Shown here: piece by piece, positions 37,662 to 46,309 of the stretch
Layout: every line of letters begins with the position of its first letter
Position numbering within the stretch: the first letter of the stretch is position 1
Assembly (NCBI GenBank): GCA_035283645.1
Contig: DATETN010000037.1
Span: forward strand, 40,085 to 104,084
Length of the DNA: 64,000 nucleotides
DNA from: Pyrinomonadaceae bacterium
Lineage (GTDB): Bacteria > Acidobacteriota > Blastocatellia > Pyrinomonadales > Pyrinomonadaceae
Direction of reading: 5' to 3'
Made by a program: the position numbers and the translations under genes
Notes under the pieces: generated by a model
The model's database searches: none
The model's input: only the letters and a program-made list of their open reading frames with translations
Told to the model about the DNA's origin: nothing

Positions 37662-37953
37662 GGATCCACGAATCCACACGAAACGGCACGAAAAGAGGGC
37701 CGCAGATGACACGGATGGGACGGATCTGAAAGGAAGGAAATCAGCCGCGGATTGACGCGGATGAACAGGATCTCAACATTTTCCATTTCTCATTTTTCAT
37801 TTGTCATTTGGTTGTTTCGTGGGTCTTGTATCGTTTCTAGTTTGTTGTCGCTTCCTACAGGGTTTTTATTAGTGATATTTCGTGTTGTTTAGTGGATCGC
37901 TTTTTCAGAGCCTTTTCATCCGCGTCGATCCGCGGCTAATTTTCTTCCTTTCA
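37662..37953. repeat. mosaic repeat cluster including the GAAAATG-type heptamer module
   Basis: GGATCCACGAATCCACACGAAACGGCACGAA, GGGACGGATCTGAAAGG, GCCGCGGATTGACGCGGATGAA, ATTTTCCATTTCTCATTTTTCATTTGTCATT, then forward modules. Confidence 0.8.
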
Positions 37954-38003
37954 GGCGCTGGCCCCGCTTCAATTCACATCACACAGTACCTTCGAGTTCC
38001 TGA

Positions 38004-38188
38004 GTAATCTGACTTGAAGGCGTGGGCAGCGCGCAATTAGGTTCTCAGCTGAAGATGAGGGTCACAGCGCGCGCCCCCTTCCTGACTTGCAAATTACCTA
38101 AGGTTGAACAGTGCTAGCTACATGATGATTTAATCCAATGTAAAGCGGCGGCGCGGGCAAAGCCCTTGCCGCCGCACTCCAAAGCCGC
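38004..38188. repeat. composite of the GC-hairpin repeat (family E, reverse orientation) and the GGAGTGCGGCGGCAA...GCCGCCGCTTT hairpin (family F), ending 15 nt before the S8 gene stop
   Basis: ..GGGCAGCGCGCAA..CAGCGCGCGCCCCCTTCCTGACTTGC.. at 38004-38095; AAAGCGGCGGCGCGGGCAAAGCCCTTGCCGCCGCACTCCAAA at 38132-38173. Confidence 0.8.
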
Positions 38189-38203
38189 ACTCCAAAAGCT
38201 TCT

Positions 38204-40648
38204 TTAACGCTGTGGTTCCTTTAACTTTACATTCAGCGAAAGACCTCCGAACGCTCCTTGCTGATTTAGAGCATTTATTACGAGTAACTGATTGGGGTCT
38301 CTTCGCCGGATTGCAGTCTGCTTTCGAGGTGTGCGCAAAGTCAGCCGAACAAGCACTGGTTTTCCGTCCGGAACCGCAATCTGTCGCAGCACTCCACGAT
38401 CACCCGCAAGTCGCACCTTCTCTTCATTGTCTCTTTCCCCCTGTAGGACCAGATCGTCAGTCAGGTTCTTCAGCCTCTCCGGCTTCACGCGCTCAAATCC
38501 CTGGGGCTCTCTGAACCAACGCTCAGCCAGTCGAGCCGGTACGCCTAACTCAACTTCAAAATCGCGAGGCAGTCCGCGACGAACAAACTCCAGGTCAAAC
38601 GGCTCTCCGGGACGTCTGGGATCAGGGTAGACGAAGAACTGGAAAGCTCTGACCTCGCTCAGTGCCACGATGATATTGAAGAAGTTTTTGAACGCACGGT
38701 TGTTGATCCGGTTAGCCTCAGTAGCATTGGGAGGATTCGGAGCAACGATGCCTATGCCTACACACCAGTGGTCGGTCACTGGTACAGGCACGTTCCAGTT
38801 CACGACTCCGGCAGTCGTGCCCTGTGGCGTACCCTGTGGCCCTACCACTGGAACGAAGTACGAGCCGATATAGTTGAAGTTGCCGTCAGCTGGATCGCCG
38901 TCGTTGTTCGGATCGAACCCGCTGATTCCGATGGTGCCGACATCGGCGTAGTAAAACTTGATCTCGACATTGCCTACGGCCTGTTCCCCTATATTTCTAA
39001 TGCGGGCATACAGATGATTGTTTTGGTTCGCGATCGGATCCTCCGGCGTGCCATCATCGTTATTGTCCACCCAAATATCTGCAGTGGTCCAAACTGCGTT
39101 GGTACCGGTGACAGAGAGATCGTAAACAGGCGAAGTGGGATAGGTGTAATTGACAGCAGCGAGCGCATCGATTCGTCCCCAGCCGTAGACGTTGTCTGGA
39201 CCAACGGACCCGAGGTCTACCGCAGTATGACGTATTATGAATGCAAGTTCGTGTGGGAGCAGGGCCGGGTTCTTCTGGAGCAGCAACGCAGCGAGCCCCG
39301 AAGCGTGCGGTGTCGCCATAGAAGTACCGCTCCAGACCGCTCCGTTCACATAGCCTCCGCCATTCTGGGTCGAGAGAACCGACACGCCTGGTGCTGAGAC
39401 GTCAGGTTTCATCAATCCCGGCGGCCAGATGTAGTCGTTATAACCCGTGACCGTTTGCCAACTCGAAGGACCAGTACCGCTGAACCCCGCGATGGCGTCG
39501 GTATTATCGGTCGCACCCAGGGCTAAAGCACGCGGCGCTCGGGCAGGTGTCAGTACGTCACCCGGGGCGGCGACGTGTGGTCCATCATTACCGGCCGCAA
39601 CGACAAACAGCACACCGGCGTCCGTCAGATTGTCAGTGTTCTGTCGCCACGTTGCATAATCAGGAGACCAAGCGTCCTTCCAACCGGAACTGAAGCTGAC
39701 GATGTCGGCGCCATTATCCAGCGCGTACTGCATGCCCTCCCAGGCTTCTGTTTGTCCAGCCACAATAGATGCGGAATACCCCAATGCCATGAGCCGCGCC
39801 CCAGGTGCGACGCCCGTCGCAGTTCCGCCAGTACCATCACCCGCAACCGTGCCGGCGCAATGTGTACCGTGACCGTGCCAGTCGTCGGGAGAGTTGTCGT
39901 TGTTAGCCAGATCCCACCCAACTACATCGTCAATGTAGCCGTTACCATCGTTATCGACTCCGTTATTGTCGGCAGCGGTGAATTGCCCGTCAGAGTTTGT
40001 GTCCTCGGCGGCATTGATCCAGAGGCGATTCACCAGATCCGGATGGTCGAGATCTATTCCCGTATCCAGAACCGCAACAACAACACCGGTGCCAGTGTAG
40101 GGAGTGGGTAATGCCCATACGCTATCGGCATGGATATGGCTGATGTTCCAGGAAGGTGCTTGAAGCGCCGGTCGCTTAACGTCCTGTTTCAGATATTCAA
40201 TCTCCTTATGGCGTAGTATTGCTTCCAGCGCACGAGGTTGTATTTCCAGTCCAATGACATTGGAAATCCACAGCGATTTGACGTTGCGCACTACTCCGCG
40301 CCCTTGCAACTCTTTGAGTGTGCCTAACAGCGCCCGCTGACTGCGCTCAGCATGTTGTTTGAGAGCAGCGGTCAACGCATCACGCCGTTGCTTCTTATCT
40401 TTGTACGCAAGAGCCTTCGCTCGTTCTGCGGGAGGCAGTTCACCTTTGAGTCGGATGATCGCCCGCACAAATTCATCAGGCTTGGCTCGAGAGAGTTCCT
40501 GACGTAAATCTGGTTTTACTCGGTCATCCTGAAGAGCAGGCTCCTGCCCGGTGGTTGTATACATTCCGGTAATGACGAGAACTGCGGAGAGAACTATGAG
40601 GATTGAGGTGTAGCGTCGCATTTCTTTACTCCTTAGTGAGGGCCGCAC
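38204..40648 (-). CDS. secreted S8 (subtilisin-family) peptidase with a long C-terminal extension
   Basis: Catalytic motifs VAVLDTGID, HGTHCAGT, GTSMATPH; signal/TM at the N-terminus. Confidence 0.95.
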   Translation of the reverse strand: MRPSLRSKEMRRYTSILIVLSAVLVITGMYTTTGQEPALQDDRVKPDLRQELSRAKPDEFVRAIIRLKGELPPAERAKALAYKDKKQRRDALTAALKQHAERSQRALLGTLKELQGRGVVRNVKSLWISNVIGLEIQPRALEAILRHKEIEYLKQDVKRPALQAPSWNISHIHADSVWALPTPYTGTGVVVAVLDTGIDLDHPDLVNRLWINAAEDTNSDGQFTAADNNGVDNDGNGYIDDVVGWDLANNDNSPDDWHGHGTHCAGTVAGDGTGGTATGVAPGARLMALGYSASIVAGQTEAWEGMQYALDNGADIVSFSSGWKDAWSPDYATWRQNTDNLTDAGVLFVVAAGNDGPHVAAPGDVLTPARAPRALALGATDNTDAIAGFSGTGPSSWQTVTGYNDYIWPPGLMKPDVSAPGVSVLSTQNGGGYVNGAVWSGTSMATPHASGLAALLLQKNPALLPHELAFIIRHTAVDLGSVGPDNVYGWGRIDALAAVNYTYPTSPVYDLSVTGTNAVWTTADIWVDNNDDGTPEDPIANQNNHLYARIRNIGEQAVGNVEIKFYYADVGTIGISGFDPNNDGDPADGNFNYIGSYFVPVVGPQGTPQGTTAGVVNWNVPVPVTDHWCVGIGIVAPNPPNATEANRINNRAFKNFFNIIVALSEVRAFQFFVYPDPRRPGEPFDLEFVRRGLPRDFEVELGVPARLAERWFREPQGFERVKPERLKNLTDDLVLQGERDNEEKVRLAGDRGVLRQIAVPDGKPVLVRLTLRTPRKQTAIRRRDPNQLLVINALNQQGAFGGLSLNVKLKEPQR

Positions 40649-42472
40649 TCATCGTTGCGGTTGCTCACTGCCAACACGAAACGTGTAGCCATTTCCGACA
40701 GGCGCTCGTTTACCCGGGACCAGGGGAATCAGGACGCCATTGACGTGGATGTCTGTGGTTTCGCCGGGTTTGTAGTCTTTTGGAGGAATGAGGCGAATGG
40801 GTTGGATTATTGTTTCACCTGGATCGATTACATTTCCTTTTACACCTAAGAGCAGTGCCTTACGGTTGGGCTTTTTGTGGTGCCGCAAAGGTGGAACCAC
40901 AACCTCCCAGCCGCGGGGAAGGGACCTACGATCAATGGTGACGATGTATTCGGCCGGCACGTTTAGGAAATTCTCGATTGCCACCGACAGCCCCTGTGTT
41001 ACAGCTTCGGTCGTTTGAAAGTTGCGACCACCAATATTGTTGCTGCGCTGGATCTGCGTGGTCAGCGGCCGGTCGTCGGGATGCGAGACAATGGCGCCGA
41101 CGCACCAGTGGCGTTCGCCCCAACTGTTCGTTCCGGTGGGCACGACCCAGGAGAAAGTAACCGTCGTGTCGCCAGAGGGTAGGTTGACAGTCTGCTCACC
41201 TATTAGCGTCGCGCCAGGATTCGGAAACTCAAGCGAGATACGCGGATCTGTATAGTAAGCGGCGACTTTTGAGCCGTTCATCGGCCCGCCGTCGTTATGA
41301 ACGCGCACGTTGAGGGTAACCGTCGCTCCTTCGATCAGAGTCGCTGGGACGGTCCAAATATCCGGGCTTACCCAGAATGCATGGGACCAGTTGGTTCCCG
41401 TCCACACTGCCGATGGTTCTGCGCCCGTATCGGTGTTGTGGTCCTTTATCCAAAGCGTTTTGCATCCCGCATCCTTGATCAGCGCGAGCGCAGCGGGGAC
41501 GTTCTCTTCAAGGGTGGGGATAATTGTGCTGGCGGGGGGATCAAAACCCGGGCAGCTGGGATTGCCTATCGCTGATGAGGGTCTGAGTTCTGGCGTAAAG
41601 CCCGAGATGCGCGCCTGGTTCCAAAAGTAGTCGGTCGTTTCGCCGTAAGCGTTGTACCAAATTGTCTCCGCATAGGTATGACCGTGCACTGCGGCAATGC
41701 GAGCTATGCTGTCCTGCGCGAGAAAGCGAAGGGCCGGCTCACCGGGAGGATCGGTGTTTGTATAGGACCAGGGACGCAGGAAGAGTTCGCTATAGCTGTG
41801 ATAAGTGAGGAGGGTGGTGGGGTTTTGCAGAGCTTGCACAAAGTCGCGAACCGCTATTGTTTCCGGCTCACTAAAGGGAGAAGGTCCGCGATAAGTATCT
41901 TCTGAAGTGATATTCGAGCCCTCCGCACCGCTTCCAAATCCCCACTGATAACTGTAGTTGCGGTTCAGATCGACGCCGAAGGTACCGTCACCGTTGTTGC
42001 GACGGTTTTTCCGCCAGCAACGGCGCGGGGCCGTCGATGCGGAGTACGCATAGCCATCGGGATTAACCACTGGGATGATCCAGATCTGCAAATTGTTCAT
42101 GCAAGCCTGCAGCGCCGGATCGGTGGCGTAGTTCGTTAAGAGGTATTCAGCGAGGTAAAGAGCCATCTCAGCCGAAATCCATTCGCGAGCGTGGTGCAGC
42201 CCCACGAACACGACGTCGCCTTCGCTGGATTCATTTGTGGCGACATTGTCAGAAATCTTGATGCCACGAATAGAACGACCTTCGACTGAGGTCCCGATGG
42301 TAAATATCTGCGCGATCGTCGGGTGTGCCGCAGCGAGGTTTGTCAGCTCAGTGTCGAGCTGCGTCGGTGTATGAAAGTTTGAGAAATCGATGGGGGGATT
42401 CCCGAGGGTACTTGTAGATATTCCCATTAACACGAGGAGTGCAGTTGCGACAATCAGATGTCCTATTCTCAT
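40649..42472 (-). CDS. secreted M14 zinc carboxypeptidase with a C-terminal extension
   Basis: HHAREWIS zinc motif, HSYSELFLRPW; its stop codon abuts the S8 start codon. Confidence 0.95.
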   Translation of the reverse strand: MRIGHLIVATALLVLMGISTSTLGNPPIDFSNFHTPTQLDTELTNLAAAHPTIAQIFTIGTSVEGRSIRGIKISDNVATNESSEGDVVFVGLHHAREWISAEMALYLAEYLLTNYATDPALQACMNNLQIWIIPVVNPDGYAYSASTAPRRCWRKNRRNNGDGTFGVDLNRNYSYQWGFGSGAEGSNITSEDTYRGPSPFSEPETIAVRDFVQALQNPTTLLTYHSYSELFLRPWSYTNTDPPGEPALRFLAQDSIARIAAVHGHTYAETIWYNAYGETTDYFWNQARISGFTPELRPSSAIGNPSCPGFDPPASTIIPTLEENVPAALALIKDAGCKTLWIKDHNTDTGAEPSAVWTGTNWSHAFWVSPDIWTVPATLIEGATVTLNVRVHNDGGPMNGSKVAAYYTDPRISLEFPNPGATLIGEQTVNLPSGDTTVTFSWVVPTGTNSWGERHWCVGAIVSHPDDRPLTTQIQRSNNIGGRNFQTTEAVTQGLSVAIENFLNVPAEYIVTIDRRSLPRGWEVVVPPLRHHKKPNRKALLLGVKGNVIDPGETIIQPIRLIPPKDYKPGETTDIHVNGVLIPLVPGKRAPVGNGYTFRVGSEQPQR

Positions 42473-42483
42473 ATGTCACCACC

Positions 42484-43116
42484 TCACGGATTCGGAACAA
42501 TTTCGACCTTAAATCCAGCAGCTCTAAGTTCATCGATCGCATAGTCGAATGCGCCGCCGACAACCAAATAACCCTCGCGTGTTCGCTGCACGGTGTGAAT
42601 GTCGATTCGGGTCGCGACGTCGGTCTTCACGACTGACTCTTCTTTAACTGTGACATGGACCAGGCGCGGGCGTGGTTCCACTCTTACATCGGCGACTGCG
42701 TAGCCTACGTTCCTTAGGGATCGCAGCGCTCTGATTGTCCCGTTGACTATCCAGTAGGTTCGCTCTCGCAAGAGGATTGTGACGCCTAACTCTCGAAGCC
42801 TTTCCTCCTGACCTTTGCGGCCGATGCGAGCGACTCTCGTCAAGATTTCGTCGGGATTTTGGGGAGAGGGTTTATAGCCCAGGGAGTTGAGCCGCCGGTT
42901 TAGCTCATCATTACCGTAGTAGTAGAACCAGCGGTCGCGAACAAGTACAGGTTTGATTTTAAGTTGCTGTGCTATGAGGGCGGCTTCGTCCGCGTCTTCA
43001 ATCTCGATGCGGTAGAGTCTTTGATCGCCTTTAGAGACTTGGGCGAAAGTGGTAGAGGTTCCCAGGAGGCAGAAGAAAGCCAATGGTCCTATCAGCAGCG
43101 TAGTTAGACGTCTCAT
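42484..43116 (-). CDS. hypothetical secreted protein, first gene of the peptidase operon
   Basis: Signal peptide MRRLTTLLIGPLAFFCLLGTSTTFAQ; 11-nt gap to the M14 gene. Confidence 0.7.
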   Translation of the reverse strand: MRRLTTLLIGPLAFFCLLGTSTTFAQVSKGDQRLYRIEIEDADEAALIAQQLKIKPVLVRDRWFYYYGNDELNRRLNSLGYKPSPQNPDEILTRVARIGRKGQEERLRELGVTILLRERTYWIVNGTIRALRSLRNVGYAVADVRVEPRPRLVHVTVKEESVVKTDVATRIDIHTVQRTREGYLVVGGAFDYAIDELRAAGFKVEIVPNP

Positions 43117-43149
43117 ACTTCACATCCGTATCTGTTTAGAGTCCTTCAG

Positions 43150-43373
43150 TTTCCCATCGGGTTTGCGACGATCAGTCACGACGTTGCGGTGTTAGCCACA
43201 GAGATATGCCAGTGTGTACGGGCTTCTCAGTACCACCTGCGGTAGCGCGTGGGTCATGTCGCACCTTCCCATAGGGGTTGCGACGATCAGTTACGACTTA
43301 GCGGTGTTAGCCACAGTACCACCTGCGGTAGCCGGTGGGTCATGTCGCACCTTCGGAAAAGTCTTAGAATCGG
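43150..43373. repeat. two tandem ~100-bp direct repeats upstream of the peptidase operon
   Basis: TTCCCAT.GGG.TTGCGACGATCAGT.ACGAC.T.GCGGTGTTAGCCACAG ... TACCACCTGCGGTAGC..GTGGGTCATGTCGCACCTT occurs twice; copy 1 has a 29-nt insert. Confidence 0.8.
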
Positions 43374-43566
43374 GCAGTGACACAGGTCGTGTTAATAAAA
43401 TGGGGGACACGCCCGACCTTAGAATCCTGCGGCTGGATTAAGCGCGAGTGTGGAGGAAACCAGAGGCTCGTGAGATTCAGCCGTATGAGAACGCGCGCAC
43501 AATATTCCCCTAAACTATAAAAGTCAATAGCTTTTCCGCGCCAATGCAAGATTTTTTTCATCCTTT

Positions 43567-44085
43567 TTTGGAGTGCGGCGGCAATCGGCAGCGCGCCGCC
43601 GCTTTGTTTCGCGTTGAGTATTGTTCAGGAACAGTTCAATCTTAATTAATTCGCAGGTCAGGAAGGGGGCGCGCGCTGTGACCCTCATCTTTAGCTCTGG
43701 ATCTGTTGCGCGCTGCCCCCGCTCTCAACTTTCATCATCATTAATTCCCGAGAAAAAGCTCAGCCATCGCGCGCTATAGATCTCACAGGAGCAGTTCAAT
43801 CTTAATTAATTCACAAGTCAGGAAGGGGGCGCGCGCTGTGACCCTCACCTTTAGCTCTAGATCTGATTGCGCGCTGCCCCCGCCTTCAACTTCACCACCT
43901 TCAAACTCACAAAGCAAACACAACTTCTCCTTCTCTCTGAAATTATCTGAGCTTGCATGTTCTTTCTAAGTAGATGCTATTAAGAATTGAAAGCGGGGGC
44001 AGCGCGCAATCAACTCCTGAGCTAAAGATGAAAATCCCAGCGCGCGCCCCCTTCCTAACCTGCAAATTAGCTAAGATTGAACTGT
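43567..44085. repeat. family F hairpin plus three family E units (two forward, one inverted)
   Basis: F 43567-43605; E 43632-43729, 43792-43890 (forward), 43987-44085 (reverse); each E has CAGGAAGGGGGCGCGCGCTG ... TTGCGCGCTGCCCCCGC. Confidence 0.9.
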
Positions 44086-44182
44086 GCTTGCTGAGACAAT
44101 GACTTGATGCAATGGAAAGCGGCGGCGCGGTAACCCTAAACTCAAAAGCCTCTTCGTGCCACATATGGTATGGATTTGTGGG

Positions 44183-44716
44183 TCAGGTTCCACCGCCTCT
44201 TGGGCGAAAACCAATTTCTTTCTTGGTTACTGCCCGCGGACTGGTTAACTCACGTATTGCGTCAAACACTATCTTAAACCGGCGGTCGTATTCTCGTTCA
44301 AGTTCCTGAAGTTTCCGGAGGAGATCAGCATTGGAGGAGACCATTTCGCGTAGTCGAACAAAAGCGCGCATGATCTCAATGTTCACCTGCACCGCACGCT
44401 TGCTCTTTAAAACGCTCGATAGCATCAGGATCCCATGCTCGGTAAAAGCATACGGCAAATACTTAATGTTTTGACCACGCTTCAAGGTCACAGATTGTGA
44501 CCTTGAACGGAGAATATTTGCCTCGTCAGGGTTTAGCTGAAACATAAAGTCCTCTGGAAATCTATTTAGATTTCGCCTAACCGCCTGGTTTAAGACCTTT
44601 GTCGAAACACCGTAGAGCGAGGCCAAGTCTTTATCCAGCATGACTTTTGAGCCGCGTATCACGTAGATCGCTTGTTCAATTCGTTGAACTGGAACTGTAG
44701 CTAATGCATTTGCCAT
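44183..44716 (-). CDS. ORF6N (KilA-N-like) domain DNA-binding protein
   Basis: IYVIRGSKVMLDKDLASLYGVSTKVLNQAVRRNLNRFPEDFMFQL...YAFTEHGILMLSSVLKSKRAV. Confidence 0.85.
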   Translation of the reverse strand: MANALATVPVQRIEQAIYVIRGSKVMLDKDLASLYGVSTKVLNQAVRRNLNRFPEDFMFQLNPDEANILRSRSQSVTLKRGQNIKYLPYAFTEHGILMLSSVLKSKRAVQVNIEIMRAFVRLREMVSSNADLLRKLQELEREYDRRFKIVFDAIRELTSPRAVTKKEIGFRPRGGGT

Positions 44717-44925
44717 GTGAGGACCTTCTCTCTGTGCTAAACGTGGTCCACCAGTCCCAGTTGGTTCGGCAACCGTTCAAAAGCGAAGTGTGGCAAAGAA
44801 TAAGCTAAATTGGCAGAGAGTAACCCTCGCTCGCGATGCAAGGCCTGCTTCTCTGGATGCAAGAGTTTTTTTATTCCCCCGGAGCTGTTGATGCTGCGAT
44901 GTTGCCGCTTTCGTTTGCGTTGAGC

Positions 44926-45557
44926 TGCGCGCTGCCCCGGCCTCAACTCTCACAATCATTACTTCCAGAGAAACAGCTCAGCCATAATCAATTCGCAGGT
45001 CAGGAAGGGGGCGCGCGCTGAGACGCTCATCTTTAGCTCTAGATCTGATTGCGCGTTGCCCCCGCTCACAATTCTCATCATCGTCAACTTCAGAGAAACA
45101 ACTCAACCATAGTTAATTCACAAGTCAGGAAGGGGGCGCGCGCTGTAGCTTTCACAGGAGCAGCTCAATCAACTTGCGCGCTGCCCCCGCTCTCAACTCT
45201 CATCATCATTAATTCCCGAGAAAAAGCTCAGCCATCGCGCGCTATAGATCTCACAGGAACAGTTCAATCTTAATAAATTCGCAAGTCAGGAAGGGGGCGC
45301 GCGCTGAGACGCTCATCTTTAGCTCTAGATCTGATTGCGCGCTGCCCCCGCCTTCAACTTCATCACCTTCAAACTCACAAAGCAAACACAATTCCTCCTG
45401 GCTGAAATTATCTGAAGATGCGTGTCCTTTCTGAGTTGATGCCATCAGGAATAGAAAGCGGGGGCAGCGCGCAAAAGAGATGGAGCTGTTCCGTTGAGAT
45501 TGAAAGCGCGCGCCCCCTTCCTGACTTGCGAACTAAATCATGTTGAGTACTAAAGAT
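44926..45557. repeat. array of family E units (one partial, three forward, one inverted)
   Basis: Partial right arm 44926-44947; E 44990-45071, 45113-45197, 45260-45358 (forward); reverse unit within 45458-45557. Confidence 0.9.
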
Positions 45558-45712
45558 GTTGTTGAATAGCGCTCTCTCTGACCTGCGAATTTCTGCAATA
45601 CAAAAGCTTCGGCAAGGACTTGAATTACGTTACGTCGGATTGCTGATGTGTCTCGAGTCTCGACCAATGGTAGGCTCTCGAGAACTAATTCCTTGGATGA
45701 CCTTACCTCACG

Positions 45713-45952
45713 ATGCTGGAAGACTTCGAGATCCTCGGCACGATCGAACAGATAGAAACAATTGCTGTTGGCAAGCGTATCCGTGAACTCAAGCGGATCC
45801 AAAAAGTGTATGGATCTGGACGCTGGCGAAAGCTAAAAGGCACCGCGACAGTGCTTTTTGCCGATGGTACAATTCGCAGAGTTGAAGTTCACTGGTATGA
45901 GGCACATGGAATCGGTCGGAAGAAATTCAAGATCAAGGGCTATCTAGATTGA
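45713..45952 (+). CDS. small conserved-looking hypothetical protein (79 aa)
   Basis: ...GSGRWRKLKGTATVLFADGTIRRVEVHWYEAHGIGRKKFKIK; this motif pattern is recalled from small proteins in other phyla; function unknown. Confidence 0.6.
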   Translation: MLEDFEILGTIEQIETIAVGKRIRELKRIQKVYGSGRWRKLKGTATVLFADGTIRRVEVHWYEAHGIGRKKFKIKGYLD

Positions 45953-45953
45953 T

Positions 45954-46217
45954 ATGAAATCCTACGTTCTCTGCATAGATGATGGTGGTTATCCGGAGTC
46001 GTTGGAGGTCCGGAAGGTGTATCAGGTTGTGCCGGACGAATCTGCTGCTGAACAAGCGATGCTTCGAGTCATTGACGAAACGGGTGAGGATTATCTGTAT
46101 TCGGCAAGATTGTTTGTTCCCATTCTGTTGCCGCCGGAAGCAATACGTGTTTTATCCGCAAGTCCCACTGATAATAACTCGCACCGAAATACGAATAAAC
46201 CTGGCAAGCTTAGCTGA
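45954..46217 (+). CDS. small hypothetical protein (87 aa), coupled to the preceding ORF
   Basis: ATG lies 1 nt after the upstream TGA; MKSYVLCIDDGGYPESLEVRKVYQVVPDESAAEQAMLRVIDETGEDYLYSARLF. Confidence 0.6.
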   Translation: MKSYVLCIDDGGYPESLEVRKVYQVVPDESAAEQAMLRVIDETGEDYLYSARLFVPILLPPEAIRVLSASPTDNNSHRNTNKPGKLS

Positions 46218-46309
46218 TTTGTAAGTGCAAATCTTTAGTACTTAAAGTTGCGCGAATTAGTCGAGATTGAGTTGTGCTTCCTGGAGTTGATTACTGATCA
46301 GAGTTGATG

